This document shows positions 52,588 to 61,251 of a stretch of DNA of 64,000 nt, piece after piece. Made by a program: the position numbers and the translations under genes. The stretch comes from Myxococcota bacterium (GTDB lineage Bacteria > Myxococcota_A > UBA796 > CAJQPC01): the NCBI GenBank assembly GCA_036012755.1, contig DASCPX010000063.1, positions 1 through 64,000 of the forward strand, written 5' to 3'. The stretch's first letter is position 1. Each line of letters begins with the position of its first letter. The notes beneath the pieces are model-generated. The model was not told the origin of the DNA. It made no database searches and saw only the letters and a program-made list of their open reading frames with translations.

Positions 52588-55500
52588 TGGCCCTCCCGGT
52601 GTCGGTGCCGGCTTCCACGAGCGCCTCCGGTGTGCCGACTGCCAGGATCTCGCCGCCGGCGAGGCCCCCTTCCGGTCCCAGGTCGATGACGAGATCGGCC
52701 GCCCTGATCAGCTCGACGTTGTGCTCGATCACGACGACGGTGGCTCCCTTGTCGACCATTCGCTGGAGCACGCTGCAGAGCTTCTCCACGTCAGCGAAGT
52801 GGAGCCCGGTGGTCGGCTCGTCGAGCACGTAGAGGGAGCCCTTGGTGCGCCCGCCGAGCTCTCGAGCAAGCTTGATGCGCTGCGCCTCGCCACCCGAGAA
52901 GGTCGTGCCCGCCTGTCCGAGGCGGATATAGCCGAGGCCCACGTCGTGCAGCGCCTGCAGCGGCCGCTTCAGCGTGCGGTGGGCGGTGAAGAGTGACAGG
53001 GCCGTATCGACGGTCATGTTCAGAACGTCGGCGATGGTGTGGCCGCGCCAGGTGACCTCCAGGGTGGCCTCGTTGTAGCGCTGCCCCTTGCAGTGGTCGC
53101 AGCTCACCCAGACGTCCGAGAGGAAGTGCATCTCGATGAGGATCGAGCCGCGTCCTTCGCAGTGCTTGCAGCGCCCGGTGGCGGCGTTGTAGCTGAAGCG
53201 GCCCTTCGCGAAGCCGCGCAGCTTCGCCTCGTTGGTCGCGGCGTAGAGCGTGCGTAGCGGGTCCATGAGCTTCGAGTAGGTCGCGGGTGTGGAGCGAGGG
53301 CTGCGGCCGATGGGGCTCTGGTCGACGGTCCTCATACGCTTGATCGCGCTCGGGAGCTTGATGGCCTCGACGGGCGCCTTCGGTGCCTTGACGCTGAAGC
53401 AGGCAGCGACGGCGGGCACCAGCGAGCTCATGACCAGCGATGACTTGCCCGAGCCGCTCACCCCCGTCACGACCGTGAGGCACCTCGAGGGGATCTCGAC
53501 GTCGACGTCGCGCAGGTTGTTCGCTCGCGCCCCCGTGATGCGGATCGAGGTCCGGCTGCTGCGGCGCTGGGCGGGGATGGGGATGCTCCGCTGTCCGCTC
53601 AGGTAGGCGCCCGTGATCGACGATGGGTTCGCCGCGACCTCGGCGGGTGTGCCCTGGGCGACGATGCGGCCACCGTGCTCCCCGGCCCCGGGCCCCAGAT
53701 CGATGAGGTGGTCCGCTCGCCTGATCGTGTCGCTGTCGTGCTCCACCACCAGCACGGTGTTGCCGAGGTCGCGGAGGCCCTCCAGCGTGGTCAGCAGGCG
53801 GTCCGTGTCCCTCGGGTGGAGGCCGATCGTCGGCTCGTCGAGCACGTAGATGCAGCCGGTGAGGCCGCTCCCGAGCTGAGTCGCCAGCCGGATTCGCTGG
53901 GACTCGCCGCCGGAGAGCGTGGCCGCGGCCCGGTCCAGGGAGAGGTAGCCGAGGCCCACGTCGCAGAGGAAGCGGAGGCGCCCCTGGACCTCTTGCAGTG
54001 GCTGCTCGGCGATGGCGTCGTCGACCTCGGAGAGCTCGAGACCTTCCCAGAACTCCAGAGCGCGCTCGACGGTCAGCCCGCAGTGCGAGGAGATGTCCAC
54101 TCCTCCGAGGGTGACCGCGAGGAACTCGGGCCTGAGCCGCTTTCCGCTACAGCCGGGGCAGGCGATCTCGCGGCGGAGCCAGTCCAGCGTGGAGGTCCAG
54201 CCCTCGATGACGGGGATGATGCCCTCCCACTTGAAGTCCTCGACGACGTTGTTTCGCGAGCCGCCCCAGCGCTTGGTCCAGCGGGCTCTGAGCTCGACGT
54301 CGCTGCCGTAGAGGATCGCGTGGCGCTGCTGTTCGGTCCAGGACTCGACGGTGTCGCCGAGCTTGAGCCCCAGGGAGCGCAAGAGCGAGCTCAGGCGTCC
54401 CCGCTGCTTCTTGCTGCGCTTCAACACGCTGGCGACGCGCTTGTCGAGGGCGTCCCACAGGGGTCGGTGGGGCTTCGGCAGCAAGAGCACCGGGTCGATG
54501 CCTGCGACCTTTCCGAGGCCGTCGCACTTCGTGCAGCTGCCCAGCCAGGAGTTGAAGGAGAAGTGGCGGGGCGTCAGCTCCTCCGGCCCGACGCGGCCGT
54601 GGTCCGGGCAGGTCGGCGCGGCCGTGAGCACGAGGTCCTGCCCCTCTCGGGGTCTCCAGATGGCGCGGCCCTTGCCGTAGGCGTAGGCGGTCTGCAGGGC
54701 CTCCGAGATTCGAGCCGCGGAGTCGGTCGCTGGCTTCAGGCGGTCGATGACCAGCCCACACCCGGCCGCCAGGCAGGCTTCGGATGCCTCGTCTTCGAGG
54801 GACAGCTCCCCGCCCTCGGCGTGCAAGCGCAGGAAGCCCGTTCGCAGCAGCTCCTCGCGGTCCAGGCCCTCGACCTCCGCGATCAGCCAGCCGCGGCCTG
54901 CCTGCTCTTGCAGTCGCCGAGCCCCGATGGAGGGACTCCACGCCCGCACGCGACGCCCGCAGCGGGGGCAGTGTGGAACGCCCACGCGGGCCCACAACAG
55001 GCGCAGGTAGTCGTAGATCTCGGTCGCCGTGGCCACCGTCGAGCGAGGGTTGTGGTTGGCCGCCTTCTGGTTGATCGCGATGGCCGGGGCCAGCCCTTCG
55101 ACCTTGTCCACCGCCGGCCGATCCATGCGCCCGAGGAAGCGCCGCGCATAGGTGGACATGCACTCGACGTAGCGGCGCTGGCCCTCGCTGAAGATGGTGT
55201 GGAAGGCCAGGGAGCTCTTGCCCGAGCCGCTCACCCCCGTGATGACGGTGAGGCTGTCCTTTGGGATGCGGACGTCGATGCCGTCGAGGTTGTGGCAGCG
55301 GGCCCCTCGCACGACGAGGTCGCCTTGTCGTTTCGCCTTGGTGCGCCTGCGCGGCCGGAAGACGTGAGGTGGGCCGCCGAAGTCCGGGAGCTTCGCGAGC
55401 ACGCGGCCAGTCGGCGTGTCGAGGGTGGCGATGTGCTCGGGCGGGCCCTCTCCGGTGAGCGCTCCGCCTCCGCTGCCACCCTCTGGTCCGAGGTCGATGA

Positions 55501-58198
55501 CGTGGTCCGCGACCTTGATGATGTCCGTGTCGTGCTCGACGACCAGCACGGTGTTGCCTGCGTCGACGAGGCGGTTCATCGCGGCGACGAGGCGCTCGAC
55601 GTCCTTGAAGTGGAGGCCGGTCGTGGGCTCGTCGAGCACATAGAGCGTGCGGCCGGTGGCGGGGCGCTTGAGCTCGGAGGCGAGCTTGATGCGCTGGGCC
55701 TCTCCACCGGAGAGCGTGGTGCTCGGCTGGCCGAGCTTCACGTAGCCGAGGCCGACGGACAGCAGCACGTCGAAGATCCGCTTGAGCTTCCGGTGGTTCT
55801 CGAAGAAGACCGCGGCCTCGCGGATGGGCATGCGAAGCACGTCGGTGATGCTCTTGCCGCGGTAGTGGATCTCGAGGGTCTCCGAGTTGAAGCGGCGCTG
55901 CTCGCAAGAGAGACAGGGCACCTCGACGTCGGCCAGGAACTGCATCTCGATGGTCTTGACCCCGGCGCCCTTGCACTCCTCGCAGCGGCCGCCGGCAACG
56001 TTGAAGCTGAAGCGACCTGGCTTGTAGCCGCGGGCCCTGGCCTCCGGCAGCTTGGCGAAGAGGGCGCGGATGTCCCCGAAGGCGCCGGTGTAGGTGGCCG
56101 GGTTCGAGCGAGGCGTGCGTCCGATGGGGGCCTGGTCGATGACGATGATCTTGTCGACGTGCTCGAGCCCGTCGATGCGGTCGTGTTCTCCTGGGCGGCG
56201 GATCTTCAGCGGGTCCTTGCCCTTGTGCAGCGCCTGGCGGAGAGCGGGGACGAGGGTCTGGACGACCAGGCTGGACTTGCCCGAACCCGAGACCCCGGTG
56301 ACGCCGATGAGCTGGCCGAGGGGGAAGGCAACGTCGAGGTCCCGGAGGTTGTTCGTGCGGGCTCCGCGCAGGCGTAGGCGCTCGCCGTTTCCGGGTCGCC
56401 GGGACTCTGGGAGGGGGAGGGTGTCGATGCCCTCGAGGTAGCGGGCGGTGGCCGAGTCCTTTCCCCGCAGGGTCGCGGGGGCTCCGGTGGCGACGATCCT
56501 GCCGCCCTCCACCCCGGCGCCGGGTCCGATGTCGACGACGTGATCGGCGGCCTCCATCGTCTCCTTGTCGTGCTCGACGACCAGGACCGTGTTGCCGGAG
56601 TCCCGGAGCTTCAGGAGGGTCTGCAGCAGCCGCTGGTTGTCCCGCGCGTGGAGGCCGATGCTGGGCTCGTCGAGCACGTAGGTGACGCCCTGGAGGCCGC
56701 TCCCCACCTGGGCGGCGAGGCGGATGCGCTGGGCCTCGCCCCCGGAGAGCGTCGTCGAGCTGCGATCCAGCGCGAGGTAGCCGAGGCCGACGGCGTCGAG
56801 GAAGGCGAGGCGGTCCCGGATCTCCCGGATGAGCTCTCGACCGATGAGCTGCTCCGTCCCCGCGAGCTCGACCCCGGCGAAGAAGGCCGTGGCCTGCTCG
56901 ACCGTCATTCCGGACAGCTCCGCGACGTTGTGTCCACGGAAGCGCACTGCCAGGGCGACGGCGTTGAGGCGCCGGCCCTTGCACTCGGGGCAGTCGCGGC
57001 GGCGGCGGAAGGTCTCGTAGGGCTTGTGGTGGGTGAAGTGCCAGATGTTCTGCACTGCCGAGGCGATGCCGCCCCACTTGCGGGTTCGCACGTCTGTTCG
57101 CCCGGCACGCTCCTTGACCGTCGTGTAGGTGTAGTCGACGTCCTCCGCGGCGAGCAGGCCCCGCTGGATGTGCGCGGGCTGTCTCGCCCATGAGACGCGC
57201 ATGTCCGCGCCGAGGTGCCCGGCGACCTCGCGCACGACGTCGTGGGTGATGCTGGAGAAGGGCAGCTTCTCGCGCTCGCCGAAGGGCTTGAAGCAGGCTG
57301 GGATGCGGGCGCTGGTGTCGACCATGAGGGCTTCGTCGAAGTCGACGAGCTCCCCCAGGCCCTTGCATGTCCCGCAGGCCCCCTGAGGTGCGTTGAAGGA
57401 GAACAGCCTGGGCTCCAGCTCGGGCACGCTGACGTTCGGGTGGAGCTCGCAGGAGCGGCTGGCGGACCATGTCCGGTGCTCATCCGCGACCAGGACGGAG
57501 AGCACGCCCTCGGCCATGGCGAGGCAGCGCTCGATGGCTTCGAGCAGGCGGGGTCGGAGATCGTCCCGGACCTTGACGCGGTCGACGACGACCTCGAGGG
57601 TGTGCTTCTCGTAGCGGGCGAGCACGATGTCTTCGTCCAGCCGCCGGAGCTCCCCGTCCACCCGGACCCGCACCCAGCCGTCCTTGCGCAGCTCGGCCAG
57701 CTCCTTGCGATACTCGCCCTTCCTGTCGCGCACCAGCGGCGCCATGAGCGTGAGCCGGGTCTCCGCGTCCAGCGACAGCAGGGCATCGGCGATCTGGCTC
57801 GCCGACAGCGCGGTGATCGGCTGGTCGCACTTCGGGCAGTGGGGCGTGCCGAGCCTCGCCATGAGCAGCCGCAGGTGGTCGAGGATCTCCGTGACCGTTC
57901 CGACCGTGCTGCGCGGATTCCGGTTGACCGTCTTCTGGTCGATGGAGATTGTCGGCGAGAGCCCCTCGACGTGGTCGACCCGCGGCTTCTCCATCTTCCC
58001 GAGGAACTGCCGGGCGTAGGCCGACAGGCTCTCCATGAAGCGCCGCTGCCCCTCCTGGTAGATGGTGTCGAAGGCCAGGCTCGACTTGCCCGAGCCCGAC
58101 AGCCCCGTGAACACGATGAGGCTGTCGCGCGGGAGCTCGATGTCGACGCCGGCGAGGTTGTGCTCCCGGGCGTTGACCACCTTGATGGTGTCGGACAC
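52577..58198 (-). CDS. uvrA: Excinuclease ABC subunit A, tandem double-length form (1873 aa)
   Basis: Two complete UvrA units: four Walker A motifs (G(L/V)SGSGKS), four signatures ((L/F)SGGE(A/S)QRI), zinc-finger CxxC pairs and two EGQRR motifs. Confidence 0.95.
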   Translation of the reverse strand: MSDTIKVVNAREHNLAGVDIELPRDSLIVFTGLSGSGKSSLAFDTIYQEGQRRFMESLSAYARQFLGKMEKPRVDHVEGLSPTISIDQKTVNRNPRSTVGTVTEILDHLRLLMARLGTPHCPKCDQPITALSASQIADALLSLDAETRLTLMAPLVRDRKGEYRKELAELRKDGWVRVRVDGELRRLDEDIVLARYEKHTLEVVVDRVKVRDDLRPRLLEAIERCLAMAEGVLSVLVADEHRTWSASRSCELHPNVSVPELEPRLFSFNAPQGACGTCKGLGELVDFDEALMVDTSARIPACFKPFGEREKLPFSSITHDVVREVAGHLGADMRVSWARQPAHIQRGLLAAEDVDYTYTTVKERAGRTDVRTRKWGGIASAVQNIWHFTHHKPYETFRRRRDCPECKGRRLNAVALAVRFRGHNVAELSGMTVEQATAFFAGVELAGTEQLIGRELIREIRDRLAFLDAVGLGYLALDRSSTTLSGGEAQRIRLAAQVGSGLQGVTYVLDEPSIGLHARDNQRLLQTLLKLRDSGNTVLVVEHDKETMEAADHVVDIGPGAGVEGGRIVATGAPATLRGKDSATARYLEGIDTLPLPESRRPGNGERLRLRGARTNNLRDLDVAFPLGQLIGVTGVSGSGKSSLVVQTLVPALRQALHKGKDPLKIRRPGEHDRIDGLEHVDKIIVIDQAPIGRTPRSNPATYTGAFGDIRALFAKLPEARARGYKPGRFSFNVAGGRCEECKGAGVKTIEMQFLADVEVPCLSCEQRRFNSETLEIHYRGKSITDVLRMPIREAAVFFENHRKLKRIFDVLLSVGLGYVKLGQPSTTLSGGEAQRIKLASELKRPATGRTLYVLDEPTTGLHFKDVERLVAAMNRLVDAGNTVLVVEHDTDIIKVADHVIDLGPEGGSGGGALTGEGPPEHIATLDTPTGRVLAKLPDFGGPPHVFRPRRRTKAKRQGDLVVRGARCHNLDGIDVRIPKDSLTVITGVSGSGKSSLAFHTIFSEGQRRYVECMSTYARRFLGRMDRPAVDKVEGLAPAIAINQKAANHNPRSTVATATEIYDYLRLLWARVGVPHCPRCGRRVRAWSPSIGARRLQEQAGRGWLIAEVEGLDREELLRTGFLRLHAEGGELSLEDEASEACLAAGCGLVIDRLKPATDSAARISEALQTAYAYGKGRAIWRPREGQDLVLTAAPTCPDHGRVGPEELTPRHFSFNSWLGSCTKCDGLGKVAGIDPVLLLPKPHRPLWDALDKRVASVLKRSKKQRGRLSSLLRSLGLKLGDTVESWTEQQRHAILYGSDVELRARWTKRWGGSRNNVVEDFKWEGIIPVIEGWTSTLDWLRREIACPGCSGKRLRPEFLAVTLGGVDISSHCGLTVERALEFWEGLELSEVDDAIAEQPLQEVQGRLRFLCDVGLGYLSLDRAAATLSGGESQRIRLATQLGSGLTGCIYVLDEPTIGLHPRDTDRLLTTLEGLRDLGNTVLVVEHDSDTIRRADHLIDLGPGAGEHGGRIVAQGTPAEVAANPSSITGAYLSGQRSIPIPAQRRSSRTSIRITGARANNLRDVDVEIPSRCLTVVTGVSGSGKSSLVMSSLVPAVAACFSVKAPKAPVEAIKLPSAIKRMRTVDQSPIGRSPRSTPATYSKLMDPLRTLYAATNEAKLRGFAKGRFSYNAATGRCKHCEGRGSILIEMHFLSDVWVSCDHCKGQRYNEATLEVTWRGHTIADVLNMTVDTALSLFTAHRTLKRPLQALHDVGLGYIRLGQAGTTFSGGEAQRIKLARELGGRTKGSLYVLDEPTTGLHFADVEKLCSVLQRMVDKGATVVVIEHNVELIRAADLVIDLGPEGGLAGGEILAVGTPEALVEAGTDTGRAIAW

Positions 58199-58247
58199 AC
58201 CGCTGGCTAACGTGGGGCCCCGCCAGAATCTGACCGGGGTCGCGCGT

Positions 58248-58769
58248 TTACTTCAGGCGAACCCCGAGCGTCGCTCCGTGCTCCCACTTCTCGGCGTCGT
58301 GCATCGACTCGGCCCGTGCCGTCACGGACCAGCTCCCGCGCACAGCCGCGTCGGACACCAGCTCCAGCTGGAGCTCCTCGCGACACTTGGGCGCTGCTCG
58401 GCAACCCTGGAAGACAGGACCGACCAACAGCACGTTCTCGCGCCCCGTCACCGCGACCTCGCGCTCGACTCGGAGGCCCTCGGCGATCAGGGCGACCTGG
58501 AGCTCGGATGGAGCATCGACAGTCTGTATGTCCACGGTCACCGCGATCTGGGCCTGCTGCTCTACGGTGCAGCCCTCGCAGGGCACCCCGGTGGATTCCA
58601 CGTCGAGGCTCCACTTGCGCGAGTCACCAGCCTCGAGCAGGAAGGTCTCGCCGCTCGTCCCGGCCTCCAGCGCCCACCCGGGGTAGCTCGGACCGCTGTC
58701 GGCGGTGTCCGGCGCGCAGCCTGTGAAGCCGAGAGACACGAGGAGCAGCGCTGTCGAGATCAAACGCAC
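58248..58769 (-). CDS. Hypothetical lipoprotein
   Basis: MRLISTALLLVSLGFTGC, a canonical lipoprotein signal. Confidence 0.6.
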   Translation of the reverse strand: MRLISTALLLVSLGFTGCAPDTADSGPSYPGWALEAGTSGETFLLEAGDSRKWSLDVESTGVPCEGCTVEQQAQIAVTVDIQTVDAPSELQVALIAEGLRVEREVAVTGRENVLLVGPVFQGCRAAPKCREELQLELVSDAAVRGSWSVTARAESMHDAEKWEHGATLGVRLK

Positions 58770-58849
58770 GCGGGGACACCCTTTGCCGAAGGGGCTTGAC
58801 TCCAGAATGACACTGTGTTTGACGGGGCTGCACGAGGCATGCCACTGAC

Positions 58850-59569
58850 GTGAAACTGGCCGCAGTTCAGTATCGACCACCGAAAGGCAATACGGAGCGA
58901 GCCCGCGCCGCGCTCTCCTCTCTGATCAGCGAATGCGGTGAGGTCGACCTGGTCGTCTGTCCGGAGATGGCCATCAGCGGCTACGTCTGGTCCGAGCCCG
59001 GCGAGATCCTCCCCCACACCGAGCCAGCGGACGGGCCCACGCTCTCCATGCTGCGGGAGCGCGCCGCCGCGCAGGGCGCCGTCATCGTCTGTGGCTTCGC
59101 CGAGCGGGCCGAGGACGGGCTCTTCAACTCGGCGCTCGTGGTCAGGCCGACCGGCGAGTTCGACTGCTATCGCAAGGTGCTGCTCTTCGAGCTCGACCTG
59201 GCTTGGGCGCGCATGGGTAGACGACACATGGTCCTGGACACGCCGCTGGGACGGCTCGTTCCAGGCATCTGCATGGACCTCAACGACGACCGCTTCACCC
59301 TCCACCTCCACGCCAGCCGCGCCGAGGTCGTCGCCTTCTGCACCAACTGGGTCGACGAGGGTCACGACATCCTCCCCTACTGGCGCTGGCGCCTCGCCGG
59401 TTGGCAGGGCTGGTTCGTGGCCGCCGACACCTGGGGCACCGACCGCGGCACCCGCTTCTACGGTCGCTCGGCGATCCTGGGACCGGACGGGCTGGTCGCC
59501 GCCCTGGCGCCCGAGGAGGGCGACTGCGTGCTCGTGCACGAGGTCGAGTCCCGAGGACCAGCCGCGTAG
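58850..59569 (+). CDS. Carbon-nitrogen hydrolase (nitrilase superfamily), Nta1 protein N-terminal amidase-like
   Basis: Catalytic triad motifs CPEMAISGY (E), YRK (K) and GICMDLN (C), plus YWRWRL. Confidence 0.85.
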   Translation: MKLAAVQYRPPKGNTERARAALSSLISECGEVDLVVCPEMAISGYVWSEPGEILPHTEPADGPTLSMLRERAAAQGAVIVCGFAERAEDGLFNSALVVRPTGEFDCYRKVLLFELDLAWARMGRRHMVLDTPLGRLVPGICMDLNDDRFTLHLHASRAEVVAFCTNWVDEGHDILPYWRWRLAGWQGWFVAADTWGTDRGTRFYGRSAILGPDGLVAALAPEEGDCVLVHEVESRGPAA

Positions 59570-59580
59570 AGGCGGCTCGC

Positions 59581-60618
59581 TCAGTCCTCGCGCCGCCTCA
59601 GCAACAACAGCCCTGCGAGCGCCAGCACCCCGAAGCCGACCGAGCCGGGAGCCGAGGCGCAGCCGCTGACCTCCGTGTCGTCCCCGTTGCCGTCGTCCCT
59701 ACGGTCGAGGAGCCACTGGAGCCACCCGGGCAGGTTGGTGTCCTCGTCGTCGTCGCCCATGTTGCCCGGTGAGAGCTGCTGGTCGACCCAGTCGGCGTCG
59801 CACTGGCCCACCGTGTAGCTGCCGGTCTCGGGGAAGTGGTGCTCGCCGTCCTTGTCCACGATGAGGAACCAATACTCGAAGCAGTCCTCGGAGAGATCGA
59901 CGGTGGTGGCGAAGACCCCCTGGGTGTCCTCGCCGTACTCCAGCTCCATCGACCAGGGCACGCCGTTGAGGAAGACCATGACCTCCTCCGGGCCGGGGCC
60001 GAGGTAGTCGACGTAGAAGTCCACCGGGGCCCCGGGGTTCGGGTGCGCCGGCTCGTGCACGGCCATGGCGATGTTGCCGTTGGTGTCGAGGCCGCCGCCT
60101 CCGAAGTCCTGGGTCGAGTAGGACCCCGCGACACCCGTCCCCAGCTCCAGGTACCAGTCGGACATGATGTTGGCGCGGTGGCCGCCGGAGCACATCCAGC
60201 CGCCCATGACGACGTCGAACCCGGGGGTGTAGCCCCAGGCGATGTTCTCGCCGACCGTCGAGGAGTCCTTGTACCAGTAGGACACCCGGCTGCCGAAGTC
60301 CCGACCGCTGAAGGGATGGTCACCCCCCGGTGAGCTGTCGTGATCGAACCACCCCTCGTCGAGCATGTCCTGGGAGTGGTAGCGCCCCGCCTCGTTCAGG
60401 GGACGGCTGTAGAACAGCGGTGGCTTGGACTGCGTCTCAGCAGTGAGGAAGCTGCTCCACTGGCAGGGGTAGTCCTCTCGGAAGGCCTCCGGCTCCACCC
60501 TGGCGGCGTTGGTCCAGAGGTGGACCGCGCGCTCATCGTAGGAGGGGTACCCGTCCGCGTCCACGTCGCCGTACCCGGAGATGACGGTCAGCAAGAGAGC
60601 GGTCGAGATGCCGTCCAA
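59581..60618 (-). CDS. CAP/SCP-domain exported protein with a MYXO-CTERM-like anchor
   Basis: TNAAR, HSQDM....FDH, GENIAWG, WMCSGGHRANIM, TQDFG, and C-terminal SGCASAPG-hydrophobic-RRRED. TTG start after GGAGG. Confidence 0.85.
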   Translation of the reverse strand: MDGISTALLLTVISGYGDVDADGYPSYDERAVHLWTNAARVEPEAFREDYPCQWSSFLTAETQSKPPLFYSRPLNEAGRYHSQDMLDEGWFDHDSSPGGDHPFSGRDFGSRVSYWYKDSSTVGENIAWGYTPGFDVVMGGWMCSGGHRANIMSDWYLELGTGVAGSYSTQDFGGGGLDTNGNIAMAVHEPAHPNPGAPVDFYVDYLGPGPEEVMVFLNGVPWSMELEYGEDTQGVFATTVDLSEDCFEYWFLIVDKDGEHHFPETGSYTVGQCDADWVDQQLSPGNMGDDDEDTNLPGWLQWLLDRRDDGNGDDTEVSGCASAPGSVGFGVLALAGLLLLRRRED

Positions 60619-60694
60619 GCGGAGCCTCCGAGGGCGTCGGTGCCCTATGACAATTGTGGTTTTCGAGCTTATCCGCAACCCCATGCGGGCCGGT

Positions 60695-61210
60695 TTACAA
60701 GCTGTTGTCGGACTCCGGACCTCTCGTTGACAGGAGCTCTCGAGTCGCCACCGCCGCGCCCTCGTAGCTCTCCTCGATGTCGACGATGATGCGCTTCGCG
60801 ATGCGCTCGCCGATCAGGGGCAGGCTCACCGTGACCAGTCCATGGACCCGCCGGTTGCACCAGCCTTTTCGGGCCTGCGCCACCAGGAGATCACCGTGGC
60901 TCTCGTAGCGGCCCTCCAGCCCGGCGATGTCCACGCGCCACCTCATGCTGCGATCGCGGTTCCGCCAACGCTGCTCCTGCACATACTCCAGCTTCTCCCG
61001 CCCCATGGCCTTCTGGGCCGCTGGAGGCAGGCTGCGATCGGGCACGAAGCGGATCCGCTGCACCCACTCGTCGCGCACCTGGCGCTCGTCCAGCAGTGTT
61101 CGCGTGAGCCCGGCGCGCTCGTCGACCGCCGCGATGTAGTCAGGGCTCCGGAGGAGCTCCCACAAGCGGTCGGGGTCGCACTCGAAGGCGTGTTCGATGG
61201 TGAAGCGCAT
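60695..61210 (-). CDS. DUF2505 / SRPBCC-like protein
   Basis: MRFTIEHAF..DPDRLW, and V.G.V.V.LPLIG.RIAK.I C-terminal helix. Confidence 0.7.
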   Translation of the reverse strand: MRFTIEHAFECDPDRLWELLRSPDYIAAVDERAGLTRTLLDERQVRDEWVQRIRFVPDRSLPPAAQKAMGREKLEYVQEQRWRNRDRSMRWRVDIAGLEGRYESHGDLLVAQARKGWCNRRVHGLVTVSLPLIGERIAKRIIVDIEESYEGAAVATRELLSTRGPESDNSL

Positions 61211-61251
61211 GGGCCACCTCTAACGCTAAGCTCTGTCGCTTCGGAGGCCCC

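Noticed and set aside
58199..58247. LexA/SOS box upstream of uvrA
   Set aside because: I could not see a convincing palindrome or a known LexA motif.
58796..58824. Two TTGAC(T/G) hexamers as sigma70 -35 elements
   Set aside because: No matching -10 hexamer at the proper spacing, so a promoter cannot be supported.
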